A DNA stretch of 54,914 bases, filler included, from Sluysia triapertura (Eukaryota): NCBI GenBank assembly GCA_046118255.1. It is 4 parts of 4 records of this genome, joined end to end, with 100 filler letters (N's around TTAATTAATTAA, not from the genome) between each part and the next. Parts side by side here need not be neighbours in the genome. Positions count along the whole stretch, not along the records: positions 1 to 16,187 come from JBJNIA010207256.1; 3 more parts are not named here. The stretch is one strand, 5' to 3'. Of the stretch, positions 1 to 13,104 are shown in pieces. Position numbers and translations under genes: made by a program. Position 1 is the first letter of the stretch; every line of letters begins with the position of its first letter. Under the pieces are notes generated by a model. The model worked only from the letters and a program-made list of their open reading frames with translations, made no database searches and was not told where the DNA came from.

Positions 1-460
1 ATATTGAATTAAATCAAGAGTGATATTATGCTTTGACCAACTCCCATAATATCAAAACCTTTTTAATACCATTCAAAATACCAGGGTTATGTAGTTTTAA
101 ACTTATAAAATACACCGATTTTGTAAATCTTTTCAGGACGGTTTAAATACAACGATAAAATCTTATTTTTCGTCTTAGTTTAAAACTGACTCGAATATAT
201 TATTTAAAATTAAATTAGCTGAAGCTAGTTAATCAATTCTAAAGAGATGATTTACAATCCACAGAGAAAACTACATAACATTAGCAAGGCTTATAAGATT
301 ATTGCCTTACGAGTGTTACACATTCTTTATAAAGTTATAGGACTACTACACTCAAGAATTCGACCTCACTTGACTATTATACATTTAAATCCTCTGGACA
401 AGCACTTAACTCTCAAATTATTAAAAAAAGTAATAGTGAACTCAAGATCAAAACAATAAA
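1..460 (+). mobile_element. Decayed CR1/L2-like LINE reverse-transcriptase C-terminal fragment; homologous copy on the minus strand at about 3780-4320
   Basis: 121-210 aligns by eye with the reverse complement of 4075-4170 (cggtttaaatac..c.ataaaat...ctagtttaaaa..gactcgaatatat). The translation RIRPHLTIIHLNPLDK resembles the CR1 motif VRPHLEY...WNP..K. Confidence 0.5.
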
Positions 461-1841
461 TTGTAAACACAATCATAAACAAGCATCCACACAAACTAAT
501 ACACTCTTTATAAATAAAATCTTAAACAAACTTCAACACAATCTTACACAAAACATCAAATCGTCAAAAAATATACATAAAACACAAACTCAATTTTTAA
601 ATACTACACACTTTAAAATCGTGTAATTTTGTGCACTCACTTAATCTTTCATAATTAAACTTTTTTGTCGTTATATCGTTGTTCTTTAAAATCATTAACT
701 GTACTTTTTTATCTTTTTGTCTAAACCATTTCTATGTTGAAAAGGATTTTGTTTTAGCACTGTAACTCAATTTTTGATCATATATTATGTGCTAATTATA
801 ATTCTCCCCCAAAGCCAAATCAATGTATATAAGTGCTCGAAACACATGAAGATTGAATTAATTATTGAAAAGTTAAAACTCCAAATCTTAAAGAAACAAT
901 GCGATGAAGATCACATGTTAAAAAATATTGAGATGGAAGGACAAGATATAACTAAATTACAAATTAATCCTTATACGAAAATTTCTTTAATGATGAATAG
1001 TAAACGATTAAAAAGAAAATTACTATGAGGGAATGTACCTTGAATCCACATTACAATGAATCATTTTCATTCAAGTTTCATTTGATAATCAACACGAAAT
1101 TTCTATAAAACCGTTAATTCTTGAATCAAATACGTACATATACCTAAATCATATTAGAAGTGTTTTATTTGTCATGATGTAAATTTACAATATGTTTTTA
1201 ATTTTTGTTTTAATATGTTTTATTATTTTTGCATATCTTAATTTTTTGTAATCTCGTATATTTGACATTATTTTTATTGATATTGTTATTTAAATTTATA
1301 TATTATAATTTTATCATTTTATTATAGTTAAAATAATTTAATTAAGAAAATCAAAAAATTTTGTTTCACTGTTTAAAAATTTTAATAATAATCTTAATTT
1401 CTATAAATAACTTCAAAGGTTAACCAAGGTAAAGTTAAACGGTATAAATAGTAGTTTGGAAAACTACTAATTTCATCACTAGTTAATCACAAAGTCTAAT
1501 TTCAAAAATTATCACAGAATAATATTTATTATACGAAAATAATTAGATACTGCTTTCATATACGAACACTTTTATTATAACGACGGAATTACATATTAGC
1601 TCTTAACTCTTGCGATAATAATCGTTAGTTAATTTTTTATAAATGCACCTTTAAAAGTGCTTTTTTAAAATTTACTTAAATTCATTTTAGTTAAAGTTTG
1701 ATAAGTTCCCTTTATTGGTCTGTATTAAAAAATTCTAAGTATTCATTTGGTAAAGATTATAATACTCGCGATTATAATCCTGTAAATTATTTATTATACA
1801 TTTCATATTGTAAATTATCAGTGTAACTCTAGATTAATAAC

Positions 1842-1941
1842 ATGCTGTGGCTTTTCTAATACTTAACATACGGCAAAATATTTTTGAGCAAGGTCCAGTT
1901 ACAGTAAACGTCTTTCGTCGTAAAGACGGCGCTACTGTAAC
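1842..1941 (+). repeat. Repeat family B, copy 1 (hairpin-ended; Helentron/HINE-like non-autonomous element end)
   Basis: atgctgtgg.tttt.taat.ct.aac.tacggcaaaat...tgagca.ggtcc.gttaca.taa..gtctt is shared with 26978-27050 and, inverted, with 25090-25180. Terminal hairpin gttacagta/tactgtaac plus cgtcttt/aaagacg at 1898-1941. Confidence 0.7.
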
Positions 1942-2099
1942 TATATAATCCAATAGCAATGCTCCTTAATTAGGTTCTTATGAAATTCTCAATGAACAAA
2001 TTAACTACGTATTTAATTATTTCTAAAAATTTATTAATTTAACCTATAATTTTCAGTTAAACTTTTATTTAATAAATGAAATATTATAACTTTGTTGAG

Positions 2100-2608
2100 C
2101 ACGAAAACGAATAATTAAACTTGATAATAATAAGAATTAAAGGTAAAATATAGAAGGAAATAATTTAAAATTAAAGCTCCGAGCGCGTTTAATTTTATAA
2201 CTCTTATATGTTAGTGGAGTTAATAATTGAAATAAATAAGATTTTTATATTTTATAATTTCAGCTTACAGAGTTGAAATTTAACTTAACAATACATATTT
2301 ACCAAAACAAGGAAAGCAGGAATCCAAGAATAATCTCGATTTATTGTTGATCTGTAAGTGACATCAAACTGCATAGTTGTTGAATCGACTAATAACTGCG
2401 AATGAGTCAACTAAAAAATTCCAAGAAATTTCTAATATAGCGAATAACAATAATATTGCAAAAATCATGATGGTGATTTTCACTAAACTGATACTAATTT
2501 ATATACTTGTCATCAGCCAATAGGAATGGATGAAGTAAATTTTCTTTTTCCGAATTAATTACTTTTTTAATTAAGATTTTTTAAATGATTTTAAAAGGCA
2601 ATCTAACA
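2100..2608 (-). repeat. Repeat family A, copy 1 (solo-LTR-like)
   Basis: 2470-2525 (tggtgattttcactaaactgatac..tttatatact.gtcatcagccaat) matches 27574-27625. Its terminus ggcaatctaaca matches ggcaacctaaca at 27840-27851. Confidence 0.7.
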
Positions 2609-2691
2609 AACAGAATTTCTAACATTTTCATATTATTCACCTATCGTTGTACTTTTAGCATACATTTTATAATCAACTTTGATATTTTACC

Positions 2692-3038
2692 TCTAACACT
2701 ATAAATAATTTGAAAATTAACAAATTAATTATATTCGTTTAAGTTCGAAAGATTGTCGTATTTAACTAAAGCGCATAAACCTACAATTTTTCTTGATCCT
2801 TTTAAATCGGATCAAAAGTAAAATATACCCAAATGGCATGGTTTTAACTTCTTTTTAAAATCTTTACTGTTGAGTATTTTTCGGTGCATACAACCGAATA
2901 AAAAAATCTTCACTTTTACACGTTCTGTTTAAATAAGAACCATGTATAAAATCCGTTTTTTGTAACTAATCTCGCTGTAAATCCACCGATTAAGTTAGGA
3001 CCATAAATTAAATTTAATCTCGCGCAAAGCGGATCTAG
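2692..3038 (+). mobile_element. Possible non-autonomous Helitron (3' end supported, 5' end tentative)
   Basis: A GC-rich short hairpin-like cgcgcaaagcg followed by CTAG|T at 3035-3039 and then an AT-rich flank is the canonical Helitron 3' signature. A TC-starting tctaacactataaata occurs at 2692. Confidence 0.4.
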
Positions 3039-3390
3039 TATATTATATACAACTAATATTCAAACATAATTAACCTCCATTGTTACTAATTTTTGGAAAT
3101 ACTACGGACTAGCCGCAACTCGTAAGTATAGGATATAGGTAAAGTAGATTTAAAGTCACAATTTTTTCGTAAGCTCTCTATAATTAGGAAACCACATCAT
3201 AATTATTGCAAACAAAATGAAATTTTTTAAATTTCAAAATAGCAGATGCCATAATACGAATAATAATTGAATTGGCAGAAATTCTTTAATTGCTACAAAG
3301 TAAAATTGAAAATTGTGATTGTGGTTGAAAATAAATAAGTATATATCTACATATTATCATACACAATCATTAAATTTGTTTTTTAATTAA

Positions 3391-3610
3391 CCCTTAAATG
3401 CATGACATTTTCTTTACACATTATATAGGATTTTCGATAGCCTTCCATTTATCAATGTCAAGTTCACATTTGACAGTCTGGAAAGAAAAGCATGTGCTGG
3501 CACTCGATAAAATATATCATATAGATAGTGATAATTCTACAACAGTATGCAGTGATTTTCAGGCCGTTTGAATGGTATGTTGTAGTATTACAACGATATT
3601 CATTTAAGGG
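3391..3610. mobile_element. piggyBac-type MITE (220 bp)
   Basis: TIRs cccttaaatg / catttaaggg (10 bp perfect, 13 bp with 1 mismatch), flanked on both sides by TTAA (3387-3390, 3611-3614). Confidence 0.85.
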
Positions 3611-3779
3611 TTAATTACTCAATTACTTTCATAAGTAAGTATTTTTCTTTAAAATTTAATTTAAAAAATTATTATTATACTATTATAATCATTTTTATAA
3701 TTATAATTATTTTTATTAATATTTCCCCAAACGGGGTTACGAAGTATAAACATAACAATATAATTGAAATAGTGGAACA

Positions 3780-4320
3780 TCTAATGAAAAATTTCATCGA
3801 TTGATTTCCTTTGGAATGAGGTGGTTTCCTAAGAAAAGCCTACAATCACGATTGTTTTTAATAATTTGGAGTTTGCCTGTGATCTGAATCTTACACAATT
3901 AAGGGCTCATCTATAGGATTAAAATATGGAATAGTCAAGTAGGGTCGAGCAACAAAAATGAAAGAGTCTTAAAACTGTTTCTGTAATAAATTTTTAAATG
4001 AATATGAAATGCGACTTATAGATTTCGGATAAGTTATCTGAACATTTTAGGATTAAATTTCTAGCCTCAACTTGGTTATTTTAAAGTGATATATTCGAGT
4101 CCTTTTTAAACTAGGATGAAAATGGTATTTTATTGTCGTATTTAAACCGACGTGAAAAATTTTACAAATTAAATTGATTTTACAAAGTTAAAAATATACA
4201 GTTACACCCTTTTATTTTGTATCCTATTTAAACATGATTTACAAAAATGGTCCACTTAATTTAATTGTTTGGCGGATTGATCAAAATTGAATAATTCTTC
4301 CCAAATTATATTAATATTGT
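3780..4320 (-). mobile_element. Decayed CR1/L2-like LINE fragment, same family as 1-460
   Basis: Nucleotide similarity to 1-400. Minus-strand translation remnant FVARPYLTIPYFNPIDE. Confidence 0.5.
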
Positions 4321-4969
4321 GACAGTGATAAACAAATTTGGTAACAATATAATAAGAATTTATTGCAGCAGTAGTAAAACATATATGGATATTACAAATT
4401 TAAAGTTTAGGAACTTTAAAAGTTAATAATGTAAATTTAGGAACTTTTAAAACAAGATTTAAAGTAATGATTTGTCTAAATTAAAGTAAATTAGTCAAAA
4501 TTGGACGTAATAAAAATCAAGTCTAATGAATATTGCAAAAAGGATTTTGGCAAAATTATGTGATTCGATTATATTATCACTGAGATTTCTTTATTGAATT
4601 TTGTCGGTTACTTTTGTAATTTCTTTGTCTTTATTATTGGAACTTGATAATAAAAAGTTAGTATCTCTAATATATTGTAAAAACAAAACAAAATTTATTA
4701 TTGTCTGCACATTACAGCACTACTTACATTAATCAACATTAATATGACCTTATAAAGTTGATAAAATTGAATGATTACTTTAAGTACTCTTATTCAAAAT
4801 AATAATAATTATTATTACATTATTAATATTAAATTATATTTTTTTATACTATTTAATATTGTTATTACTTGTTTACATATTATTATCATTGTTATAATTA
4901 TAATTATTTTATTTTAGTTTTAAATCTTGATGCAACTTTCCCTTTCACGAAAATTAGTCCCTAATTTTT

Positions 4970-5510
4970 AACACATTATTGTATCAATATCGAAATAATT
5001 CACAGTCATAAAAATTTAAATATGCAAATATATAAATATACAAGTAAAACATCACTAAATAGATGGGATCATCAATTAATAGAATCATCAATTAATGTTA
5101 GATCTAAACAATCATTATGGTCACATGTTAGTCATTCTTCTCCTTATGATGTTCTCAGACTGGTTCTTGATAAATATATTTAGCGACCAAGTCCACTGAT
5201 TAGCTCAATGTGAAGTCCATATATTTTTCCTTCTGGCGTTTTTATTCAGATATTGGGGATGTATTACCAATATGTTTTTATGTGGTAATGTAGAAGAATT
5301 AGAATTTGTATGTGTTGGTTGAAGAAGTGAACATTTAGGCTCAGTTTTTAGACTTTTTAAAATGAATAAGTATGTCAGAAATATAAGTCAAAGATTGTGG
5401 AGAAGCTAGAGGAGACGAATTAATAGGAGAGTAAGAGGTGTTATGCATAGGTGGTATTTCCATTATTTCAGGTAAAAATGACTCATCACTGAATTTCAAC
5501 TTATCCAAAA
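4970..5510 (-). mobile_element. Possible 3' end of an LTR retrotransposon (Ser/Pro-rich pol tail, polypurine tract, start of 3' LTR)
   Basis: Broken minus-strand frames are S/P/T-rich (EIPPMHNTSYSPINSSPLASPQ...). The purine run aaggagaagaa near 5135-5145 is immediately followed by TG. Confidence 0.3.
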
Positions 5511-5564
5511 GAGAAATTAAGTCATAACTTGGCGATCAAAGATCAGCTTTTTTAAGATAAATAA

Positions 5565-6878
5565 ATGTATTTCAAAATGGAAAATTATGAAGAAAAATTG
5601 ATAAACTTAAAAAGAAGAGATGCCAAATATAAACAATTGACCGAAGACATCATGATAACAGCTTACAAGACGGTGCAATCAATGAAGTTGCATACAGCAC
5701 AAACTCATTACAGAGAAGGTAAAATATGTGCCGAGGTTTCTTCAAAAAAGAAAACTAAATACAGAAGAAAAAGAAAAGATTATTATGACAATTTAGCTCA
5801 AATAAAAAATACATCATTAAATCGTCGAGTAACGATTCGCTGTCATTCTGTCGCAATTAATATTCCTAAGTCAAATTTGTTTGACATATTTAAACAGCTC
5901 AACTATCTTAAGCGAATATCTTCTACAGTTAAATCTACTTTGGAAAGATTCATTTTTGCTTGTAAAAGGTAAATCGTACCAATAACGGAGGTTTTCTTTG
6001 TGATGATTTATATGACTAAGTTCATATTGACGAAAAATTAAAATTAGTAAAATTTTAGTTAAATCTTAGTAAAATTAAACGCTATTATTACTAAATGTTA
6101 GACGAAGAAGAAACTTCAAAAGCAAAAGATTTATCACTAAAGTGTTGTTCATGGTTGCAGTGACTCGATCCCTCTATGAAGCACGTCGAAAGCATTATTT
6201 TGACGGTAAAATTGGAATATCAAGAACCGGCTGGAAGAAATTCTAAGAACAGACCTAAAGGAACGATAATAACGAAAAATCTGGAATATGTTATAGCTGT
6301 GCATTGTAAAAAAATGATTATAGAAAATGTTATTCTATAAAACAAAGCAATTTAAGTACAGCAAGATAATGCAAAACCCCATTTCTCTGTTGATGAAGAT
6401 ATTGTTGCTGTAGGTTCTGCTGATGGTTTGAATATTAATTTTAAGTCCCAACTTCCAAATAGAACTTATTCAAATGTATTGATTTGGTTTTTTAACTCAA
6501 TATATGAAGATTCGTCAAACACAATTGATTAATTGATTGTTTGTATCCAAAATTCATTTAATAAATTAAAAAGAAATACTCTTGATGACGTTTTAACCAC
6601 ATTAAAATCATGTAGGGAATCAATTATGTTAATGGGTGTGGGAAATTCTTATAAATTTCCTTATATAAATAAAGCAAAACTCGATTTAGTTGAAAAATAT
6701 TTATGTTCCAAAGAAGCTTACTGCAATGCCAAATCTTATTTTAATTAAATTTGTATTATAATAAATTTATTTGTATTTAATTATATTTTGTTTAAAAAGT
6801 GCATATAATAAAAATTTTAAATTTTAATTTAATTTTATTTTTTTCGCAAATGCATACCATATTTCCGAACAGAGGGAG
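5565..6878 (+). mobile_element. Decayed DD39D-like (Soymar/Stowaway-type) mariner transposon with right TIR
   Basis: Frameshifted motifs occur in order: RKRKDY..IKNTSLNRRVTIR..AINIPKS, DDLYD*VHIDEK (about 6002-6036), KVLFMVAV, FDGKIGI, RNSKNRPKGT, VQQDNAKPH (6356), QLPN....NVL/DL, TLDDVLTTLKSC..GNSYKFPYINKAKL. The 3' end gaacagagggag|TA (6867-6880) is the Stowaway-type TIR with TA target site. Confidence 0.9.
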
Positions 6879-7310
6879 TATTAATTACTATTTATTAATG
6901 GAAAATTAAGATTTATAACAGTGTTACTAATGATTGATTTTCTCACTCACGGAATGTGTAAAAGCATTTTGAAATTTTGAAAATAAAATGAAGCAAATGT
7001 GTCTCAGAAACTGCAATTTAAGATTATTTTTAAATATTTTCGAAGCTTAACGTATTTGTTAATAATCTAATTAATTTTACAAAATGTTATAAAAGTTTTA
7101 TAAAGTTATAAATATTATTTTAGAAATAATGCTATAAAATAATAATGCAAAAAATGAATTTTTATATAATTGACCTTAATACATTGAATCATATATTTTA
7201 ATTGGAATAGAATTATTAAACGACAATTAAATTAAGTAATTATTTTATATGTAACTAAAATAATGGAAAATATAAAATTAATTATTATTTTCAACAATAA
7301 TGAATCATAC

Positions 7311-10300
7311 TTATTAAATATTCTTCCAATTTTTTTGGAATGACATATAAATGTGTGGAATAACCATGAACATGACATACATAGTACAGCACCAGAGAAA
7401 AAACACAAAAATACAACTTTATCCATTACACTTAAAGTATTATAAGGATCTATCAAGTAGCATATAGTTATTGTTAAATACATAATTGAACCTTAATAAA
7501 AAATAAATTAATTTTTATACTTTGATAAAGTTGTTTCGTAGAAATAAAATCATAAAGAAACAAAAAAACTTCAAAACACTTAAAAACTATTTTTAGCAAA
7601 TCAATTAACAAAATATAAAAATTCATATATTAAAAAAATATCAAAATATAAAATTACAATTGTGAAATTTTATTTTCATATTGAATTTTATCATAATGAA
7701 TATCATATTAGTGAAAATATATAATCTTAGTTTTTTTCCATACAGTTATTTAATTTCAAAATGACTTAAATTGTTCAGAACATTTTGGTGACATATCCAC
7801 TAGGTTGAAATTACAATCCCTTGAAATTTTAATGTAATAATATTCAAGATTAATATAATAACAATGTTAATGAAAAAGAAATTTAAAAGAAAAATTTTGA
7901 TTGGAGAAAACTACTTGAATTTTAAGTACATAGGCAGTTACTTCGATTGTTATTCTGCATTGTTTTGCCAGTTATTTTTTGAAATTACAAACAATTGCTA
8001 CATAATCTTTTTTGGATATAATCATTTAATAATTTTTGGACTCGACTATTATTATTGAACATCAGCGATTTTCGAAGATAATATCAGTTTACAGTTGTAA
8101 GTTCCGCGGTTTACCTGATAAACCTTAAATTCCGATTTATTGAGAAGTAAATTCAATTCTAAAATAATATTGTTCTTTGTTTTATCTTGTATTATTAATT
8201 GGATAAAAATTTTAATTATTAACTTGGATTTTTGCATTTGTTATTTGCCTATATTAATATGTAAAATAAATACGTTTACAGTTCAAACCTAACATATTTA
8301 CACAATTTAAGGTTATACAGATTTCTGAGCATAAAATACTGACTATCCGTTAATTTGTTTGATTTGTAGCTGCAGATGCACCTACTTAACATCATAAAAC
8401 GTAGATTGTAGCTGAATACATTTAAACTTTTTTTCAAACCAAGTTCACTAAAAACTACACTATGTCCATATTTATTTTGATAAATAAATACATTTGAAAC
8501 ATTGAATTAAGAATACCATTTATAGATACATCAGCTGGTTTCGTAAATGAAAAAATATTTTTTTTCAAAAAATTATATTTCCTGCACTAAAATACTTTCG
8601 CTTTATTTTATTTTTATTTTGCTTTTCATCATGAATTGAAGAAATCGTCGACTTTTTGTCTAAGTTTTATTTTGATAACGATAATTATAACAATGATTTA
8701 CATTATTTTAAAATAACATATTTTTCTAATGTGTGTGTGTGTGTGTTGATGGCATCAGAAAGGTGTGTAGGCCAAGGGAAATAGTAATCATTAGAAAAAG
8801 CTGAATTTTTAAGAATTACAATTAATAGGCTAAAATGGTATAATAAAGTTGGCATTACTATTTTTGATGTACTAAAATTTCACCGAGTGGATTTAATACA
8901 ATGTGGATAAATGTTGTTTAAAAAACTAATGAGAAATATACTCTGTGATAGTAGTTTACAAAAGTTGGATTGACTGTGGTTTACTAGGTGGAAGACTGCT
9001 ATACTTGAATAATTTACCGTTGGACATGCATCTATTTTAATTAATTTTGATGTACAGATGTAAAATTTAAATTTAATCGACGTTATAAACCTAATACACT
9101 GAAATTATTTATGAATGGAAGTGTTTATTTCAACCGCACTGTCTAGATGCCGCTTATAGCTAAGAATTTATTTCGATTCTTATAGCCAATGAAGCTTTTG
9201 TTTCGATACACATATAAAGAAAACTTATATCAAAACTGATGTTAGACAATTTGTTTTATAGGTCCATTATTGTGCATAACGTATATTTTATTTATGATCA
9301 ATTTATACAAACATTTATAACTAAGTTTTACAAACGTAAAAATCACAAGCACTGTAAAAGCCCCTTTCCCTTCGCACTGATATTAAGTATGAGGTGTGAC
9401 CGCTTTATGATAAGCTATACCATGTGGTCAGAAGTTCTTAAGCTATGGTTAAAATCGCTGCATACTATCCTACTAACTGATATATAGGATAAAAGGTTGA
9501 GGATTACAAGAAGAGATTTAAGAACTATGTCTGAAATTGAGGATAAGCTTTTGTATAGGCTAGTTTAATAGAAAATTTGCAAGTGACAAATTTAAAACAA
9601 CGTTTTCATGAGTAACGCCATGTAAAGAATGTAAAGTGAAATAATGAATGATCCATAAACATAGAGTTACAAGGTGAGTTTGTTGAATTGAGTTGTACTT
9701 TAAAATAATTACAAAATAATAATAAAAAATAATTTCGTTATTTTTATGATTTATGGAGTAATTGTGTGATGTAAAATTAATAAAACTATGTTATGAGTTG
9801 AGCCACCACACATATGATGGTACATTTCGAACCGCATTTGATGATGTTTTTGGAAAACTTTGTTAGGTTTTTAATAATTAATTTAACTTTAAAAACAAAA
9901 TAATTTTAAATAATTTACTTGCTGACAAAAGTAAGTATTAAAAAGCCAATTGTTTTCTAATAACTAAGAAATAGAATGTATTGGATGAAAACTGATATGT
10001 AAACCAGTGAAATATCAATCACATTCGCGATTCACAATTTAATTACCATAATAAAGTTTAAGTTTCAAGTTCAGCACAAATTTATTTAATTGTACTACAA
10101 TTTTTCGTGCCTAAAAGATAGTCATTTTGAAAAAATTAGTAGGTTTTTTAAATTTTAAGGTTGTTTTACTCGTAAGTATAAAATATTAAAATAGTCTTAG
10201 TCTGTTTTAAAATTTTATACCCTGATTTGATGAGTGCAAAAATATATTTTAAAATGAAAAGTTTCCGAATTAAATACCTAAAAGGTTTTAATTCTAAAAC

Positions 10301-12016
10301 TCAATTGCTTTCTATATTATACTAAATTGTTCTCTATATCTTGACTGGACTATATCTCGATTGTATTATGCTTGTTATATTATATCAATTTTAGTGCGAT
10401 TTAATATTTAATAAACACTTATAAAAGACATTTATTATGAACTAATTGTTGCAAATTAATTTAAAACTTATTCATTATCTAAGATATAACATTTGAACCA
10501 CATGATTTGAACATTCATTAATTAAAAGAATATATCCTCTGTTAAGCATATGGACTTCCTATTAAATTAGTTTAACATAAATTATAATTCGTTGCACGGA
10601 TTTATTTAATAAGACAATTATAAGATTAAGAGATTAAAAGTTAGGAATTATCACTTTTAGTTGCAAGAATTTATTTTGCCAGGGTTAATATTAAGAAAAA
10701 CCACAGTACGTTGGTATTTGATTCTTCGATTTTAAATTTATAATTGAAAATTGCTTCAGCTTAAAAAATAACTTGCTTTTTGATAAAGCCTGTGGAAGTA
10801 TAAAAGTGTATTTATTCTACTAATCACATACATATATAAATACCAATAAAAATTAATTTAGTCATTATTATGTAGACAAATAAAACTGCAAAGTCCACAT
10901 AGTAGATGACTTTAATCATTTAAAGTTAATTAATGGAAACCGAAACAGTTTGTATGCGGATTAAAAGATTATTCATTGATTATTTTTGCAAATAGTAAAT
11001 GCATAGTCACGAAGTAGAAGAAACCAATTTCAATTGCAACTCAACCAATAAGAATTCAATTTTATCACATACGTGTACTTTCATATATAAAATGGATTAT
11101 TCAATAAATTTATATAAGTTATCGAATAAACTCTGCGACCAATGATTGTTTGAAGCTGAAAATTTTTACATTAATTGAAAGAAAATCCTTTATGTCATAC
11201 AGTTGTAATAAATTTGTTGGGTTAGAATAAAAGACCTAAAATTCACTAAACTGGTTCAAAATATTTAAAAAGATGTGATGCGTTATTTCTGATTGAATTA
11301 TTTCAAATCAAAGTTTTAATGAAAATTAGTGTAATTATAAACCAAAATAGTGTAAGAGTTGAGTTTTTATCATTTCATTACAATTACAGACTGAATTAAC
11401 TTCATGGTACGAGCATTTATACTAAGAAATAAAAATTGTGTTTTTGTTTTTATTAGAGATGTAACGATTGAATGGATTGAAGCAACTCAAAGAACTAAAG
11501 TATAGGCCAAAGTGGTCGAAGAAAACATTTTGTAAGGAAAATGCTACAATGTAATAAGCTTAAAAGTAAATTAAAGAAACTACGTTATTATAATGCAACG
11601 AGATTATAATTTGATAAATTTGCATAAAATTAAAAAGAATTCAGCGTTCTTAATTACTTGCACTATATTTTATTTAAAAATTCATGTTTAAATATAAAAT
11701 TTCAATTCTAACCTAATAAATGAGTCCATATGTTAAAAGTTTCTGAATGAAGTCGAAAAATAGATGTAAAGCACTTCCATACCGATTTTAATGGAGGTCT
11801 ATGTTGATTCAATATATATTGATTATCAGATAACCATACTGGTAAACTTGAAAACTCTACTAATTCATGAAGAACTTCAATTTTTTGATAACTGCTCACA
11901 TCATTTTCCTTAAGTAAATTTAGCATCAGACAGCTATTATTCTGAAATTAAAATTCCTTTTAGACATAAATTCATACCTTATAAGGTGGTAAAGTTTCAT
12001 TTTTAGTGCTTTCCAT
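7311..12016 (-). CDS. AdipoR: Adiponectin receptor / PAQR (HlyIII) family protein, 5' three exons: 12016-11978, 11941-11713, 7491-7311. The remaining exons were not found in the window and are presumably below position 1
   Basis: Spliced translation MESTKNETLPPYK|NNSCLMLNLL...LPVWLSDNQYILNQHRPPLKSVWKCFTSIFRLHSETFNIWTHLL G|SIMYL...DKVVFLCFFSGAVLCMSCSWLFHTFICHSKKIGRIFNK| contains the PAQR motifs LPxWLxDN, HRPP, H-x-ETxNIWTH and SWLFHTxxCHS. Introns are GT-AG: 11977-11942 (36 nt, phase 0) and 11712-7492 (phase 1). A further donor at 7310 falls where the conserved K|LDY junction is expected. Confidence 0.92.
8730..8746. repeat. (GT)n microsatellite
   Basis: tgtgtgtgtgtgtgtgt. Confidence 0.9.
9560..9810 (-). 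repeat. Repeat family D terminus (TGTGGTGG.CAAC start on the minus strand, LTR-like); other copies end at 31221, 38301 and 43330
   Basis: Shared ...(c/a)caccaca terminus preceded by G/T-skewed sequence. The left boundary is approximate. Confidence 0.45.
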
Positions 12017-12244
12017 ACACCTCAAAATAAAAGCGATATTTAATTGATTTTTTAAATTAAATATTTGTTATTAAAATTCGGCCAAATTTATAAATTAAAT
12101 AAAAATCAAAAAATATGATTCAATATGAAATTATAATCACACTAATTCTTTAATAAATTATATCTTAACTTAGTTTCATGGTAGTGACAGAGGTTTAAAT
12201 TATTAATTTATGTGCATAATAGATCATTTGAGTTCTGAAAAAGA

Positions 12245-12559
12245 TGTTGTGAACATAACCTTTTGTACGCTTTTTGGGGAATTGGTATTTTGTTTCCGCT
12301 ACACAAAGTAGTGACGTTTACCATATAAAAATTACCCAAAATTACAGCAATTATATTTTTTCGAATTTTTCTTAGGGCATAACGACTATTTTTTGTGGAA
12401 TTAAATTTACTTCATAAAACCCGGCACCTTCTCACTTCACAGCTGTGCAGTTCGAGGCCCTGACCACTAATCTATCATCAACCCCGCCTAACAATTTCGT
12501 TTTATTATAGTCAATTATAATATCATTATTTTGTGGCACTTTAGGCCTGTACCCCAACA
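12245..12559 (-). mobile_element. Repeat family T, copy 1: LTR-like element with internal tRNA-like module
   Basis: The minus strand starts TGTTGGGGTAcaGGCCTAAAGTGCCA...GAAATTGTTAGgCGG then a degenerate tRNA (gatagattagtggtcagggcctcgaactgcaca), matching 54776-54885. TGTTG...CAACA termini at 12245/12559; no TSD seen. Confidence 0.65.
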
Positions 12560-13104
12560 CTATTATTGTGATGCGCCTCACTTTCATCTTGTCGATTGCG
12601 CTAAATATTTTATTTATTGCTTAATGAGTTATAGTAGATTATGAAGCAGTATTTTCTTAGAATCTGAAGTTATATTTGATCTAAAAACATCTATAAATGA
12701 AATCAAAACATTATTTCTGAATAACACATCAATTTTATAATGATGATATTTGTTATAGTTCGGAATTAGAACGATAAAATATTAATTAAATTTATTACAC
12801 TTATTAATTTTATTAATTTAATTATTATTAAACTCTAAAATAATGATAATTTCACGGAAGAAAAACCATTTTCTAAAACGTTGCTGTTTAATCATAAATA
12901 ACACAAGTTAACATATAATTTATTCAGTTTAATCTCCATCAAAGGAAATAATATTTATTCCAAAATTTTGGATGTAACAACGATTTTGTTAAACAATTTA
13001 CCAAATTTCGTTTGGTTGCAAAAATTTTATTTGGATACTATTGAATATTGAATATGGATCACAGCTTAAGAATTCTTGATTTTATTCTACTAATGTTTTA
13101 TTAT

